A stretch of 64,000 bases of DNA from an uncultured bacterium (lineage in GTDB: Bacteria; Bacteroidota; Rhodothermia; Rhodothermales; UBA10348), in contig CALSQR010000002.1 of the NCBI GenBank assembly GCA_943788505.1, positions 1,244,161 through 1,308,160 of the forward strand, in the 5' to 3' direction. Below, in pieces: positions 47,292 to 57,684 of this stretch. The position numbers were made by a program, and so were the translations under genes. A model generated the notes under the pieces. The model did not search any database. It worked only from the letters and a program-made list of their open reading frames with translations, and was not told the origin of the DNA. The stretch's first letter is position 1, and every line of letters begins with the position of its first letter.

Positions 47292-47621
47292 TCAGCCGTT
47301 TTCCTTCCCGCTCTCTTTCGCGTTTACCGAAGAGAGGGAGCTTTTCTCGAAACGCAGCTTCGTGTTATTGTCCACCTGAACGAGTACCGAGGTATCATCA
47401 ACCTGTGTAACCGTTCCGTGGATGCCACCGATGGTGATTACACGATCGTTCTTCTTAACGGCTTCGACCATCGACTTGCGCTGGTCTTCCTTCTTCTTCT
47501 GCGGGCGAATAATAAAGAAGTAAAAGACGACAAAAATCAGAATCAGCGGAAGGAACATTGCCAATGGATTGGACTGTTCGCCTGCTGGTGCGCCGAGAAG
47601 GAATAAGGAATAGAATGACAT
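47292..47621 (-). CDS. yajC: Preprotein translocase subunit YajC
   Basis: 109 aa with one TM (MFLPLILIFVVFYFFIIRPQKKK) and the YajC core (VITIGGIHGTVTQVDD). Confidence 0.9.
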   Translation of the reverse strand: MSFYSLFLLGAPAGEQSNPLAMFLPLILIFVVFYFFIIRPQKKKEDQRKSMVEAVKKNDRVITIGGIHGTVTQVDDTSVLVQVDNNTKLRFEKSSLSSVNAKESGKENG

Positions 47622-47753
47622 AGGATGCGATTCAAGTTGATTTAGGACGGAACTGTCAACGTAAGCCGAATCTACGTTAAACCTTGCTTGTGGATCCGGG
47701 AGGAACGTCTGATCGTGGGATCATGGAAGCCTTTCAGAAAACCGGATGCGCAC

Positions 47754-47861
47754 AAAAAAGGGCAAGCTACCCGCATCGCGACGCTACAACCTCCTACCGC
47801 TGCTGCCTTCCGGCCCTGACGGAGTTCAGAGGGAGCTGTCCGTACGGGACTTGCCCTTTGG
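47754..47861 (-). ncRNA. ffs: Signal recognition particle RNA (small bacterial 4.5S type)
   Basis: The minus-strand sequence contains CCGUCAGGGCCGGAAGGCAGCAGCGG, the conserved domain IV with its GGAA tetraloop; E. coli has CAGGUCAGGUCCGGAAGGAAGCAGCC. A 10-bp terminal helix pairs 47850..47859 with 47757..47766 and is followed by a U-tract. Confidence 0.85.
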
Positions 47862-47934
47862 AGGCTCCCCAACCCCGGTCTTGACCCCTTGTTCCGTTGC
47901 TATCTACTTCAGTTCTCGGAAACGCCGGTGTTCA

Positions 47935-47961
47935 CGAAAACTCCGATATTAGCATTCGGAG
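47935..47961 (-). terminator. Weak intrinsic terminator after priA
   Basis: A 6-bp stem CTCCGA/TCGGAG (47941..47961) is followed by UUUU on the minus strand. It begins 37 nt after the priA stop. Confidence 0.4.
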
Positions 47962-47997
47962 CCCATATTCTGCCTTAGATAGCCGTGATGTTCAAGG

Positions 47998-50289
47998 TCA
48001 GCTCAGACCAACAGGATCCACATCAATAGTCATGCGCAGGCCTGAGGGTAGTGAACCTGCAGCCGATTCCGCTTTTCTTAATCCCTCCCGTACCCTCGAG
48101 GCGGGAACGGACTCCGGAATTTTCAGGATGATCTGGTGCCGATAACGGTTTTTTACTCGATGAATGAAGGCAGGTGAGGGTCCTAGACGATCAACGTCTT
48201 TTAGGTGATTATCAATGAGCGTTCTAAACTGCTCCGCTCTCGTTCGGGTGGCATCATCGTCCGGTCCTGAAAACAGGATAGAGACCAATCTTCCTGCCGG
48301 GGGATAATTGAGCGCATGTCGCGTTTCGAGAGCATATTTTGCGAATCCTGCGTAGTCATGACGCAGGGCAAACTGAATGACAGGGTGCCCAGGTTGAACG
48401 CATTGCAAGTACACCTGCCCCGCCAGATCGGCTCTGCCGGCTCGGCCTGCGACCTGGGTCAATAGTTGAAAGGTGCGTTCCTCGGCCCGAATGTCAGGCA
48501 GTTGCAGGCCAGCCTCAGCTCTAATGATTCCCACCAGCGTGACTCGTTCGAAATCCAGTCCTTTGGCCACCATTTGCGTGCCTAGCAATACGTCTGCTTC
48601 GCCCCGCCCAAACTGCTCAAGAATGGCATTGTGACTGCCCTTTTGGGAGGTAGTATCAAGGTCCATGCGAAGCACTCGGACATCGGGAAGACGCTCAGCC
48701 AGCTCTGCCTCCAGGCGTTGCGTTCCACTTCCCAGAAAGGCTAACTCTGTACCCTGACATTCCGGGCATGTCCGTGGTGGTGGCTTCGTGATGCCGCAGT
48801 AATGACAACGCAGATGATTGAGAGGGCGATGATACACCATGCTCACCGAACAATCCGGGCATTCTGGGACCCAACCACAGGAGGTACACTCCATTACTGG
48901 AGCAAAGCCTCTTCGGTTGAGCAAGAGGATCGCCTGCTCCTTCTTCTCGGCGCGTTCTTCGATGGCCGCTAAGAGACTGGGAGACAATGCGTTATTCGTT
49001 CCGCGCATCGAAGCTTCGTTGCGCAAATCGACCACTCGTACATCGGGCAGGCGTGCTGGAACGCCATCGATCGGAACCCGCTCGGGCATTTCTAGCAGCT
49101 GGTACTTGCCTGCACGGGCGTTGGATAAGGACTCGAGGCTTGGTGTAGCTGAACCTAGGATACACGTCGCGCCGTTTTTCATTGCCCGAATCACGGCTAC
49201 ATCCCTGGCATGGTAGCGTGGTGCGGGGTCAAACTGTTTGTACGACGACTCGTGCTCCTCGTCCACGATGATCAGCTGAGGGTCTTTAAGCGGCGCCAGG
49301 ATGGCAGATCGCGGGCCGATGACGATAGGGAAACGGCCTTCACCAATGCCTCGCCAGGCATCATAACGCTCACCATCACCCATCCGAGAGTGCAAAACAG
49401 CGACCTCATCCCCAAAACGGGCACGGAATCGACGGACCGTTTGAGGTGTCAAGGATATTTCCGGGACCAGTACGATGCCCGTTTTCCCCTCCTGTCTGGC
49501 TGCTTCTAATGCCTGCAGGTACACTTCCGTCTTGCCCGAGCCGGTCACGCCATGCAGTAAAAACGTTTTGAAGGCTCCCGAGGCTATTTGAGCCGATATG
49601 GCATCGACCGCTTCCTGTTGGCGGACATGGAGATCCGGGCGTGAAACGGTTCTGAGCAGTTCTTCCAGGTCTTCTCTGGATCGATCCAACTCTTCCGTCT
49701 CGATGTGCAAATACCCCATTTCCGCCAGCCGCTTCAGGGTAGCGGCAGTGCCACCACATTCGGCCAAGACCTGTGTCTGAGGCACGGGCGTCTCTTCGGC
49801 GGCTTTCCAGACCCTCATCTGCTCGATGATTTCCTGTTGGCGTGCGCCGCGGGGTAGCTCAAAAGGTGCTTCGTCCGACAAATCGACCATGGCCACAGTG
49901 CGGACCCGGGAACGAGCCGACCCCCCTGAACTGCCTGGAGGCAAGGCAGCACGAAGCGCTTCTCCCCACGCGCACATGTAATAGGTTGCTATCCACTTGG
50001 TGAGGTGCAGCAGCTCCGCTGAAAGCGGCGGTAGCTCCACATCGACGTCTAGGATGTCCCTTGCTTTGTACTTAGCCAAGTCGGCTTCCGTCCCAGCTTC
50101 AATCACCACACCGGCCATTTTTCGCTTTCCAAACGGTACCACCACGCGTCGGCCTGGAGTGATCCAGTTCCGAAACGTTTCTGGAACTCGATAGCTGTAG
50201 AGCCTATCGAGCGGAAGGGGAAGCGCTATGCGGGCTATGTCCAAAGTGAGGCAGGTCGAGTTTATTGCGCCAGGCGGAAGGGCAGGCAA
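47998..50289 (-). CDS. priA: Primosomal protein N' (replication restart helicase PriA)
   Basis: 763 aa with Walker A GVTGSGKT, DEEHE and a Cys-rich zinc-binding insert (CTSCGWVPECPDCSVSMVYH...CHYCG...CPEC). The exact start is uncertain. Confidence 0.95.
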   Translation of the reverse strand: MPALPPGAINSTCLTLDIARIALPLPLDRLYSYRVPETFRNWITPGRRVVVPFGKRKMAGVVIEAGTEADLAKYKARDILDVDVELPPLSAELLHLTKWIATYYMCAWGEALRAALPPGSSGGSARSRVRTVAMVDLSDEAPFELPRGARQQEIIEQMRVWKAAEETPVPQTQVLAECGGTAATLKRLAEMGYLHIETEELDRSREDLEELLRTVSRPDLHVRQQEAVDAISAQIASGAFKTFLLHGVTGSGKTEVYLQALEAARQEGKTGIVLVPEISLTPQTVRRFRARFGDEVAVLHSRMGDGERYDAWRGIGEGRFPIVIGPRSAILAPLKDPQLIIVDEEHESSYKQFDPAPRYHARDVAVIRAMKNGATCILGSATPSLESLSNARAGKYQLLEMPERVPIDGVPARLPDVRVVDLRNEASMRGTNNALSPSLLAAIEERAEKKEQAILLLNRRGFAPVMECTSCGWVPECPDCSVSMVYHRPLNHLRCHYCGITKPPPRTCPECQGTELAFLGSGTQRLEAELAERLPDVRVLRMDLDTTSQKGSHNAILEQFGRGEADVLLGTQMVAKGLDFERVTLVGIIRAEAGLQLPDIRAEERTFQLLTQVAGRAGRADLAGQVYLQCVQPGHPVIQFALRHDYAGFAKYALETRHALNYPPAGRLVSILFSGPDDDATRTRAEQFRTLIDNHLKDVDRLGPSPAFIHRVKNRYRHQIILKIPESVPASRVREGLRKAESAAGSLPSGLRMTIDVDPVGLS

Positions 50290-50376
50290 GATACGAGGTG
50301 GGATGGACCTGGATCCGCCTTGATTCGGAAACAGGATCTTCTGGGCGAAGTACAGGATTGCCCATCCCCGAGACCC

Positions 50377-51408
50377 ATGTTTTTGTCCAACCGTACCCTC
50401 CCTTTCTGGCTTTTCCTGCTACTGACAGCAACAGGTTGTCTGCCGTCAAGCTGCGCGCGCGTGGAGTCGCGAGCAATAACGCCGGATGACTCCCTTTCGC
50501 GTGCCTTGGCTGCTGCCATGCCCATCGATACGCTTGACGTGATCGATTCGATCGTTCCGGAGCGTGATGATTTTCAGCATCCTAGGACGATTCTTTTTAC
50601 GGGCGATGGTGGACTGATTATTTCTGATTCTCGCTCTAACATGCTATTCAGGCTGGCGCCCGATGGAACGATCTCTGAGGAGACCCTGATGGCCGGCAGC
50701 ATTCCCTATCTCGCTGGGGTTTTCGGCGATTCCGTCTGGGTATTCGGTCCAGTCAATCGCAATATGCATCTCCTGAAAGCAGAGGGAGTCATAGACAGTC
50801 TTGATCTGGATCTCGGATCGGGCAATGAGCGCTCCCTTACATGGGCCGTTCGGACGGACTCAGGATTTGTCTCGAAGGTTCTCGACGATGATTCTGGCAA
50901 TTATCTGGGCCTGCACAATGAGACCGGCGAACTAATTCGAACTGTTACTTTGGATGGGCCCTCATGGCGCTACGCTGGCTTGCTCCGATACCATCAAGGC
51001 TCAGTGTATAGTTTGGTTGGATATCTACCCTGGGTGGATATTTGGAACGGCATTGAGCTGGACTCAATGAGACTAAAGGGCTTTGACTCCCCGATGTTGG
51101 CGCGCAGCTTTCAATTTCAGGTGGGAAATACCAATCAGCCACCGCTTTTGACGGCGTCATCAGCATTTGCTGGGGATTGGATGTTCGTGCTGAACATGCG
51201 GCCAGGCTGGTTGAATATTGACGTCTATGACCTTGAGGGGACGCTGAAGTACATCATCACACAGCCTGATCCGTCTTTTTCTAAAGAGTTCTATCCAACT
51301 GACCTGGCTGTTCGGCAAACTGCACTTGGCACATTTGAACTGGCCGTTACCGTAACAGAGCCCGAGCCGCGCATTGATCGATATCGATGGGTGATGCCTC
51401 GCCGGTAG
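50377..51408 (+). CDS. Hypothetical lipoprotein (beta-propeller-like)
   Basis: I prefer the ATG at 50377 (MFLSNRTLPFWLFLLLTATGC lipobox). I recognised no family. Confidence 0.55.
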   Translation: MFLSNRTLPFWLFLLLTATGCLPSSCARVESRAITPDDSLSRALAAAMPIDTLDVIDSIVPERDDFQHPRTILFTGDGGLIISDSRSNMLFRLAPDGTISEETLMAGSIPYLAGVFGDSVWVFGPVNRNMHLLKAEGVIDSLDLDLGSGNERSLTWAVRTDSGFVSKVLDDDSGNYLGLHNETGELIRTVTLDGPSWRYAGLLRYHQGSVYSLVGYLPWVDIWNGIELDSMRLKGFDSPMLARSFQFQVGNTNQPPLLTASSAFAGDWMFVLNMRPGWLNIDVYDLEGTLKYIITQPDPSFSKEFYPTDLAVRQTALGTFELAVTVTEPEPRIDRYRWVMPRR

Positions 51409-51450
51409 GACGCTATATTCCTCTGTCCCCGTCAGACGCCAAACGACCCC

Positions 51451-53550
51451 ATGTCCGTTTCTTTTCTACAGCAGCCGGTACAATTCCTCAAAGGAGTCGG
51501 ACCTCGTCGCGCTGACGTGCTGAAGGAAGAGGGCATTATTACGGTTGCTGATCTCCTTTCCCTCTTTCCGCGTCGGTATCTGGATCGGACATCTGTTCAG
51601 GCGATCAGGGACTTGAAGGCCGGCTCAGATCCGGTTACAGTGATGGGTACGGTGGTTGTGGCGTCCCTCATTCCAGGTAGACGCGGTAAGCGATTCGAGA
51701 TTGTGGTTGAAGACGAGCCAGGTCGCCGAATGAAGTGCGTCTGGTTTCAGGGAGTTGCCTGGATATCGCGGGTCATTGAAAAAGGTCACCGGCTGGCGCT
51801 GCACGGCAAACCGTCTCGATATGGAGGTTCACTCTCGTTTTCCCATCCCGACTTCGATCGGATCGACGAGGAGGGACCGTCGATGGAGACGGGTCGGATC
51901 ATTGCACTGTATCCCGGAACGGCCAACTTGCAAAAAGCAGGTCTGACAAGCCGATCCTTCCGCAGGATTATCTATGAACTACTCAAAGAGCACGGTGAAG
52001 AACTACGGGAAAACTTGCCTGATGACGTGCTAGAGGCAGATGGATTGCTCGATGGGCGAGTGGCTCGGCGGGCTGTGCACTTTCCGAGGAATCAGGAAGA
52101 ACTGAAGGCGGCACGACACCGACTGAAATTCGAGGAGCTGTTCTTCTTCCAGTTGATGTTAGCAACTACCCGAACGAAGAGAGAGGCTCTGCCGGGCTTG
52201 CGAGTACCGGGGGGAGGGGTCTTGGAAACCCGATTCGTGGACGAGATCCTGCCGTTTCGCTTTACGTCTGCGCAGGAACGGTCGCTGGTGGAGATTTCAG
52301 CAGACATGGACAGCGGTAAGCAGATGAATCGCTTGTTGCAGGGCGATGTTGGCAGCGGAAAAACCGTGGTGGCTGCTACGGCTGCCCTCAAGGCTATTGA
52401 TGCGGGTCATCAAGCTGTCGTGATGGCTCCCACCGAAATTTTGTGCGAGCAACATTTCCGGTCCTTGTCCCAGCTAATGGAGCCATTGGGCGTTCGGGTT
52501 GGGCTCTTAACGGGCTCGACGTCAGCGGCTAACCGCAGAGTACTTCTTGAGGATTTATCCTCGGGCCGATTGTCCCTGCTCGTGGGGACACATGCCGTCA
52601 TTCAAGACGGTGTTGAGTTTGCTTCCCTTGCATTGGCGGTAATCGATGAGCAGCATCGGTTTGGGGTGATGCAGCGGGCCACGCTTTTCGACAAAGGAAC
52701 GCGCCCACATATGCTATTGATGACCGCGACACCCATCCCCAGATCGCTCGCTCTTACGCTGTATGGCGATCTGCACGTGAGCATCATGCGGGAGCGTCCG
52801 CCCGGGCGGCAGCCAATCACCACAAAAATGGTGCGGGAGAAGGAGCGGGAGCGAGTCTATAACATGATGCGGGAAGAGGTCCGCCAGGGTCGTCAGTGCT
52901 ACGTGGTTTTTCCTCTGGTTGAAGAGAGCGAAAAGCTAGATTTGCGCGATGCGGTTTCAGGCCATGAACACCTGTCAGAGGAATTTCCTGGGGTGTCTGT
53001 GGAATTGATCCACGGACGAATGAAAGCGCCGGAGAAGGAAGAGGCCATGGCGCGCTTTGTCGCTGGCACGTCACCCATTTTAGTTTCTACTACCGTTATT
53101 GAGGTGGGGGTCGATGTACCTGCTGCCACATTTATGCTCATTGAGCATGCGGAGCGATTCGGGCTGAGTCAGCTGCATCAGCTCAGAGGAAGAATCGGTA
53201 GAGGTGAACACGCCAGTACATGCATCCTGATGGCAGAGTATCGTCAGTCGGAAGAATCCAGACGACGGCTCAAGGCGATGGAGGACACGGAGGATGGATT
53301 TCGCATTTCCGAAATAGACATGGAGTTGCGTGGTGTGGGAGATTTCTTCGGTACCAAGCAGAGTGGTCTGCCAGCATTTCGAATCGCTGACATTCTTCAG
53401 GATCAATCAATTCTTGAGTCGGCTCGGGAAGCAGCCTTCAAGCTCATGGCGCGAGATCCTGGGTTGACGGCCGCTGAAAATCGGGTGATGCGTGATTGGT
53501 TTGAAACCTTCGTGCTGTCGGAAGGACTACGACTGTCACGGATTGGGTGA
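51451..53550 (+). CDS. recG: ATP-dependent DNA helicase RecG
   Basis: 699 aa with a wedge domain. Helicase motifs include GDVGSGKT, DEQHRFG, TATPIPRSL and QLHQLRGRIGRG. Confidence 0.95.
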   Translation: MSVSFLQQPVQFLKGVGPRRADVLKEEGIITVADLLSLFPRRYLDRTSVQAIRDLKAGSDPVTVMGTVVVASLIPGRRGKRFEIVVEDEPGRRMKCVWFQGVAWISRVIEKGHRLALHGKPSRYGGSLSFSHPDFDRIDEEGPSMETGRIIALYPGTANLQKAGLTSRSFRRIIYELLKEHGEELRENLPDDVLEADGLLDGRVARRAVHFPRNQEELKAARHRLKFEELFFFQLMLATTRTKREALPGLRVPGGGVLETRFVDEILPFRFTSAQERSLVEISADMDSGKQMNRLLQGDVGSGKTVVAATAALKAIDAGHQAVVMAPTEILCEQHFRSLSQLMEPLGVRVGLLTGSTSAANRRVLLEDLSSGRLSLLVGTHAVIQDGVEFASLALAVIDEQHRFGVMQRATLFDKGTRPHMLLMTATPIPRSLALTLYGDLHVSIMRERPPGRQPITTKMVREKERERVYNMMREEVRQGRQCYVVFPLVEESEKLDLRDAVSGHEHLSEEFPGVSVELIHGRMKAPEKEEAMARFVAGTSPILVSTTVIEVGVDVPAATFMLIEHAERFGLSQLHQLRGRIGRGEHASTCILMAEYRQSEESRRRLKAMEDTEDGFRISEIDMELRGVGDFFGTKQSGLPAFRIADILQDQSILESAREAAFKLMARDPGLTAAENRVMRDWFETFVLSEGLRLSRIG

Positions 53551-53589
53551 GCAGGGTGTTAGCTGGCTGGAATCCCCGCACAGGGCGGT

Positions 53590-54723
53590 TTACCGCACCA
53601 GTGTCCTGCGCCACCGATCTCCATCATCTGTTTCTTCGGGGATGTCAAACGGTATTCGCGTCAGAACTTTGCCATCCTCTGTGACGACAACGACCCGCCA
53701 TTGCCCAGGCGTGAGATTGCGTTTGAAGGTACTTCCTCGGTACCCGTCCTTGCGTCCTCCTGTCATGCGGTATCCGATACGATCACTTTCAATCCACTTT
53801 CCTGTGGCGACATCTTTGCGTTTCCAGACGTGATAAATGGTTTCTTCCAATCGTGTGGGAGCAAATACGGCTGTAAAACAATAAACGGGCTCGCCTTCTT
53901 CCCGAATCACGGTCCGAGCATAGTCAGGGGACAGCCAACTTCGTTTGAGGGAGGTCCATTCTAGGCGATAGGTCCCGTTTTCTTTGATTACCGAGTTGTA
54001 GATCCCTCCCTCCTGTACGGACAAGGGAACGGGTGGAATCCAGTTGGCCCGATAGCCGACATCGAGCAGAAGAGCCATCGATGCCAACACCCAAAGCTCC
54101 GCATGCCCGATGCGGTAGGAGATGACGCGTCCTGCCTTCCGGCCAACCAGGTACACAACAAGCCCAAGGAGCAGGCTTAGGCCGATCGCCAGCCTGAAAA
54201 CCCCGAGGGACATCTCAGCCAATGCTACAGGAAGTAGCCAAGCCATCATGGTGACGGAGGCGAAAAACAAGAGGGCGATTTGGGCCGGAAAAGAGGACAG
54301 TTTGCGTGTCAGGAACTCGTTGGCCACCATGCCGATAACGAGAATGAGCCAGAACGCTAAATGGGTCGACCAGGTGATGCTCCGCGAATAGAAAATGACA
54401 TAGGCCGATAGCAGTGCGCCCAGCAAGAACTGTATGGCCCCGCGCAGAAGTGCTTGTGGTTCGTCGATTCTCTTCAGTTTGAACCGGCCCGAACGGGCGC
54501 GTATGTCCAGGATGATGACAGTTGTCAGACCAACCAGATACCCGATCAGAATCAGGTTGTCGATGGGGTTGTCGATCGTGCGCAGGGTCAAGGCATCCCA
54601 GACGATACCGCCGAGGAAAAAGCTGAGACCCAGTGCCCGCTCATGCCGGGCATAGAACGAGTGAATGGCGCGTGAGTAGCGCTTTAATAACGTCGGTCTG
54701 GCTGGAGGAGTCTCCATAGACAT
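53590..54723 (-). CDS. Polytopic membrane protein with a C-terminal DUF2914-like domain
   Basis: 377 aa with about 7 TM helices, then a soluble tail YHVWKRKD...GYRGSTFKRNLTPGQWRVVVVTEDGKVLTRIPFDI. The tail resembles DUF2914 as I remember it. Confidence 0.55.
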   Translation of the reverse strand: MSMETPPARPTLLKRYSRAIHSFYARHERALGLSFFLGGIVWDALTLRTIDNPIDNLILIGYLVGLTTVIILDIRARSGRFKLKRIDEPQALLRGAIQFLLGALLSAYVIFYSRSITWSTHLAFWLILVIGMVANEFLTRKLSSFPAQIALLFFASVTMMAWLLPVALAEMSLGVFRLAIGLSLLLGLVVYLVGRKAGRVISYRIGHAELWVLASMALLLDVGYRANWIPPVPLSVQEGGIYNSVIKENGTYRLEWTSLKRSWLSPDYARTVIREEGEPVYCFTAVFAPTRLEETIYHVWKRKDVATGKWIESDRIGYRMTGGRKDGYRGSTFKRNLTPGQWRVVVVTEDGKVLTRIPFDIPEETDDGDRWRRTLVR

Positions 54724-54733
54724 CAGCGTACCA

Positions 54734-55246
54734 TCAGGCTCCGGCTGGCCGGCGCCAAATAGGGACGGACGAACACGGCTCTCCGTACATCATCTTGCGG
54801 GCCACTTGTTGCAAGTGGGACGTCGCGAGAACGTAGGCCGCAGGCGTGATCAGGTCAGAGCCACATCCTTTTAAAACGACGATGGTGTCTTTGTATTGGT
54901 CCCAATCATGCGTTGATAGGCGTTCGCGCATGAGTGCTTCACGAATGTCTGCTTCGCGTCCCGCCGTAACGGACGCTGCGATCCCATCGAGATGAACGCC
55001 TACGAGCATATAGGCCCAGGTCGGAATGATGGCATCGGTGGAGCAGAAAATGCCGACATGATGTCCGTCGAAGGCTTTCCAGTCATACCCTTTCACGGCT
55101 GCGCGGAAGTCCTTTTCCCGGAGAATGAATCCGCCGGCAAGAAACTCAGCTAGGTCGATTTCGGAAATCGGCGCCTCGGGAAGAAAGGCCTCAAGATTGA
55201 CGACTTCGATGCCACTTTCGGCGACTTTGTTCTGGATCACATCCAT
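54734..55246 (-). CDS. DUF2480-family protein
   Basis: I prefer the ATG at 55246 (MDVIQNKVAESGIEVVNLEAF), giving 170 aa, the usual size. The family is typical of Bacteroidota. The assignment is from memory. Confidence 0.6.
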   Translation of the reverse strand: MDVIQNKVAESGIEVVNLEAFLPEAPISEIDLAEFLAGGFILREKDFRAAVKGYDWKAFDGHHVGIFCSTDAIIPTWAYMLVGVHLDGIAASVTAGREADIREALMRERLSTHDWDQYKDTIVVLKGCGSDLITPAAYVLATSHLQQVARKMMYGEPCSSVPIWRRPAGA

Positions 55247-55485
55247 GGTAAAAGGTCTGGCTGGTGGGGGCTGAATCTGCCCTATTGAGCAAGGTGAGGG
55301 CCAAGAGAACTCTTCAAACGGTGCAACATCCTTCGGGTTCGATACACTCAGCTCAAAGCCCTCACCCCTACGAGCTGTCCGGTTCATTTTTCAACCGGCC
55401 GGAATCTAGAAGGGGCTGCTTTCAGTATAGCGGCGTTATTGGTTCCCATTTACGCCCCGACCTATCACCTGATTGACTCTCGAAG

Positions 55486-56562
55486 ATGAAGCGTTTTCTA
55501 CTCTTTTCCCTCGCCGTATTTCTGTTCACAGGCTGCGAGGTCTCCTCTTCGGAAGAAGGCGACAAGATCGTCAGCGGCGTCAATCTATCTGAAGTCTTTG
55601 CCGAGCCGACGCAGTCGGAGCTTAATGCGGTCCTCGCCGATTGGGCAACTCGGGATCCGAGGGCTGAGGGGGTGACGCTTGAAGTGGAGCAGTCGTTGAC
55701 GGTCGGCGCAGGTGTACCAGCGACGCTGCGCATCTTCGGCCATGAGGTCGATGGAGTGACTCACTATGGCGCCGTCATCGCGCCGGACAACCTGGCCCCG
55801 GGCTCGACACCTGTGTTGGTCTATTCCCACGGTGGGGATAGCGGCGTGAGCGTCGATGGGGAGGTGCTGCTCTTGCTCGGTCTTTTCCCCGACCTGGCCT
55901 CGCAGTTTATCATCGTCGTACCCTCGTTTCGGGATGAGCCCTTGTTCTACAACGGCTCGCAATGGCGTTCCGAAGGCCCCGCTAGTCCCTGGGATCGGGA
56001 TGTTGATGATACGTTTGCCCTCATTGATGTGGCAAGAGAGGCTGTACCTGCAGCTGACGTTAACCGGATTGCGGTACTTGGTTTTAGCCGAGGCGCAGGC
56101 GTAGGTATGTTGATGGATGTCCGGAGCAATGCTGTGAAAGGTGTGGTCGACTTTTTTGGGCCAACGGACTTCTTTGGCCCCTTTGTACAGGAAGTCACGA
56201 GCGAAATTCTGGAAGGCAGTCCCCGTGAGTTACCTGGCTTGGACTACCTCTCTTCCGAATGGGTGCTTCCTTATCAGGCAGGAGAAGTATCGCTAGAAGA
56301 CATTCGGGTCGAACTTGTTCGGAGGTCTCCGGCGTTGTTCGCGGATCGAATCGAGCGATTACAGATCCATCATGGGACGGCTGATGTCGTTGTGCCGGTT
56401 TCTCAAGCGGAGGCCATGATTGAGGCGATGCAGAATGCAGGACACACTTCTGCTTCCTTTGAGAGTTTCCTTTACGCAGGCGGGGGGCATAATCCGTTTA
56501 CGCTGGAAGGTAGCTTCACTAGAGCGTCTGCGTTTCTAGAGTCTATGCTGTTAGTGCAATAA
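55486..56562 (+). CDS. Alpha/beta hydrolase / S9 prolyl-oligopeptidase-family lipoprotein
   Basis: 358 aa with lipobox LFTGCEV, nucleophile elbow GFSRGAG and a late HHGTADVVVP with a C-terminal GGGH. Confidence 0.75.
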   Translation: MKRFLLFSLAVFLFTGCEVSSSEEGDKIVSGVNLSEVFAEPTQSELNAVLADWATRDPRAEGVTLEVEQSLTVGAGVPATLRIFGHEVDGVTHYGAVIAPDNLAPGSTPVLVYSHGGDSGVSVDGEVLLLLGLFPDLASQFIIVVPSFRDEPLFYNGSQWRSEGPASPWDRDVDDTFALIDVAREAVPAADVNRIAVLGFSRGAGVGMLMDVRSNAVKGVVDFFGPTDFFGPFVQEVTSEILEGSPRELPGLDYLSSEWVLPYQAGEVSLEDIRVELVRRSPALFADRIERLQIHHGTADVVVPVSQAEAMIEAMQNAGHTSASFESFLYAGGGHNPFTLEGSFTRASAFLESMLLVQ

Positions 56563-56806
56563 GCGTCCGGGGTCCAACAGGTCCAGCGCTGACCTAAAAA
56601 TCCTGCCGGCGGAATAATCGCAAGGCTATAAAAGCCGGCACAGCTGTCCACGTAATTAGGGCCGTAGCAGCCAGCAGTATCCCTGTTGTGGAGCAAAAGG
56701 CACACAAGCAGCAGGATGGTTTGAGTAAGTTTCAGATGTGTCATGAGTGGATGCTGTATAAAAGATAAAAGACTATTATGTCTTAAATAGGGATAAAAAA
56801 ACACTA

Positions 56807-57238
56807 CTACCCAGGTACCAGACGAAGCCCTTGCTCGTCTGTATTTTTCGCAAGGGTAGCTACTGTTGTGTTTTCAAGCATTTGACAGAAGTCCGTGCGC
56901 ACGGACGTCCAGGTTTCGTGAAGCGGACACGGCGCATTGCTGCCACAACCGGGGAGGCCCAGTACGCAGCTTTCGAGCATTTTTCGGCCATCTATAGCTT
57001 CAACAATATCGTTGAGTACGATAGAAGAGGCCGACTTCGAGAGCTTGACGCCGCCAGTTGGACCTCGGAGTGAAACTACTAGGTCATGTGCTACAAGCTG
57101 TTGCATGATCTTGGACAAAAAAGGATTCGATACGTCCAAGTCATTACCGATCTGTCGAACTGGAATAAATCCAGCGTCAACGTTGCGAGCTAGATGAATC
57201 ATCGCCAGAACTCCATATCGGCAAGCGCTAGTAAGCAT
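56807..57238 (-). CDS. Rrf2-family transcriptional regulator (three-Cys cluster type)
   Basis: 143 aa with the N-terminal wHTH ACRYGVLAMIHLA...IPVRQIGNDLDVSNPFLSKIMQQL. The Cys cluster is CVLGLPGCGSNAPCPLH. Confidence 0.9.
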   Translation of the reverse strand: MLTSACRYGVLAMIHLARNVDAGFIPVRQIGNDLDVSNPFLSKIMQQLVAHDLVVSLRGPTGGVKLSKSASSIVLNDIVEAIDGRKMLESCVLGLPGCGSNAPCPLHETWTSVRTDFCQMLENTTVATLAKNTDEQGLRLVPG

Positions 57239-57259
57239 TGGGGAGCGAGAATTTGTGGG

Positions 57260-57281
57260 TTAAAGAATAAAGACTCTTTAA
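57260..57281. promoter_or_regulatory. Perfect inverted repeat TTAAAGA-N8-TCTTTAA, a candidate Rrf2 operator
   Basis: The arms lie at 57260..57266 and 57275..57281. The repeat is 22-43 nt upstream of the Rrf2 ATG, in the region shared with the divergent DUF2892 gene. Confidence 0.4.
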
Positions 57282-57684
57282 TCCTAATTTAACCACGGGA
57301 AGGACATAGGCAATGACTTTACCGTCTCTTCACGTTGATTGCAGGATTCCCCTACACAGGCCCGACGTGTACTTGGGTCCACCGGGCCTCCTCTGCGTAA
57401 CGTCAACCCTGGACCCGATCAGGAATTTCTCCGAGGCGGGTGTGCCTGAAAGCGTCACGATACTTGAGACCATATCCAGCTTTTTGGTCTAGGCTGATTA
57501 AAGGGTGGACAATCCAATGTCCACGCTGTAGAATAGTCAGGAATCACTCATTTCGACAATGAAAGACTGGTACAAGCCCATCCTGATCTGCGTAGCCTGC
57601 CTGGGTGTTATCTCGGCTGGCGTGCTCCTCTTTGAAGCAATCGTTGGATAACGTCGCTTTACCTTCCATCTCCACCAAAACAGT

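Noticed and set aside
47672-47952. ORFs 47672..47872 (-), 47684..47884 (+) and 47746..47952 (+)
   Set aside because: The region is explained by the SRP RNA gene and its flanks.
56472-56804. 110-aa ORF (or 90 aa from the ATG at 56744) downstream of the Rrf2 gene, Cys-rich with a hydrophobic N-terminus
   Set aside because: It overlaps the 3' end of the convergent hydrolase gene by 91 nt, has no recognisable family, and its longest form starts at a GTG. The evidence is not enough to call it a gene.
57312-57651. Short ORFs of 59 aa (57312..57491) and 30 aa (57559..57651) in the Rrf2/DUF2892 gap, plus 57537..57740 (-)
   Set aside because: They are too short and lack homology. They are mentioned within the locus finding and are not called as features.
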